From Mobula birostris (taxonomy: Eukaryota), in the NCBI RefSeq assembly GCF_030028105.1, contig NC_092398.1:24877649-24941648 (forward strand): a stretch of DNA of 64,000 nucleotides, read 5' to 3'. The translations under genes were made by a program, and so were the position numbers. The notes beneath the pieces are model-generated. The model was given only the letters and a program-made list of their open reading frames with translations, was not told the DNA's origin and did not search any database. Positions 63,876 through 64,000 of this stretch are shown here, piece by piece; within the stretch, counting starts at the first letter, position 1; each line of letters starts with the position of its first letter.

Positions 63876-64000
63876 TAGTTGAATGACAGTAAACTTGAAC
63901 TAGATCAAATAGAACGATGGCCTCTATTGTGAGGGACTTGGCATATGGAAGCACAGATGAATGTTTATAAGGATGTTGGTAAGACCATGCCTGGTGTACT

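Noticed and set aside
1-64000. Prokaryotic-type systems (operons, CRISPR, defence loci) and the many short ORFs with TTG/GTG/CTG starts
   Set aside because: The sequence is eukaryotic (spliceosomal introns, vertebrate LINEs). The repeats are segmental or TE-derived, not spacer arrays, and the short ORFs are TE fragments or chance frames.

Overview
Vertebrate, almost certainly cartilaginous-fish, genomic DNA. The taxon is inferred from the GKCGLS-type GPR139-like receptor family and the CR1/Rex1/Penelope repeat spectrum. The window is a tandem array of a ~26-kb unit seen about 2.4 times. Bases 1-19820 recur nearly identically at 26078-45894 (offset 26077 to 26074; 5 differences in the first 600 bp and 3 in 899 bp counted by eye). 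Bases 45895-62870 are an older paralog (roughly 93-96% by eye) of 19821-38120 that lacks a 2.67-kb CR1 insertion. The complete units carry, on the minus strand, an apparently intact two-exon GPR139-like rhodopsin GPCR (359 aa). All three copies carry an orphan, decaying MHC class I-like gene remnant (270-nt-type C1-set exon plus 114-nt TM exon, both phase 1). The ORF track splits the GPCR exons, misframes the C1 exon and misses the TM exon. The switch from near-identity to old divergence falls at the GPCR intron/exon-2 boundary, which implies an unequal crossover that made a chimeric receptor; an assembly false duplication is the main alternative. The rest is nested TE debris: CR1, Rex1/Babar, RTE-like LINEs, a hAT-Tip100-type element with 8-bp TSDs, Charlie/Buster MITEs, Penelope ends with hammerhead motifs, and a short LTR followed by an antisense near-whole tRNA-iMet. 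No prokaryotic features or CRISPR arrays are present. I cannot demonstrate a new biological system; the best candidates are ranked in the findings. All alignments were done by eye, and boundaries of degraded repeats are approximate.
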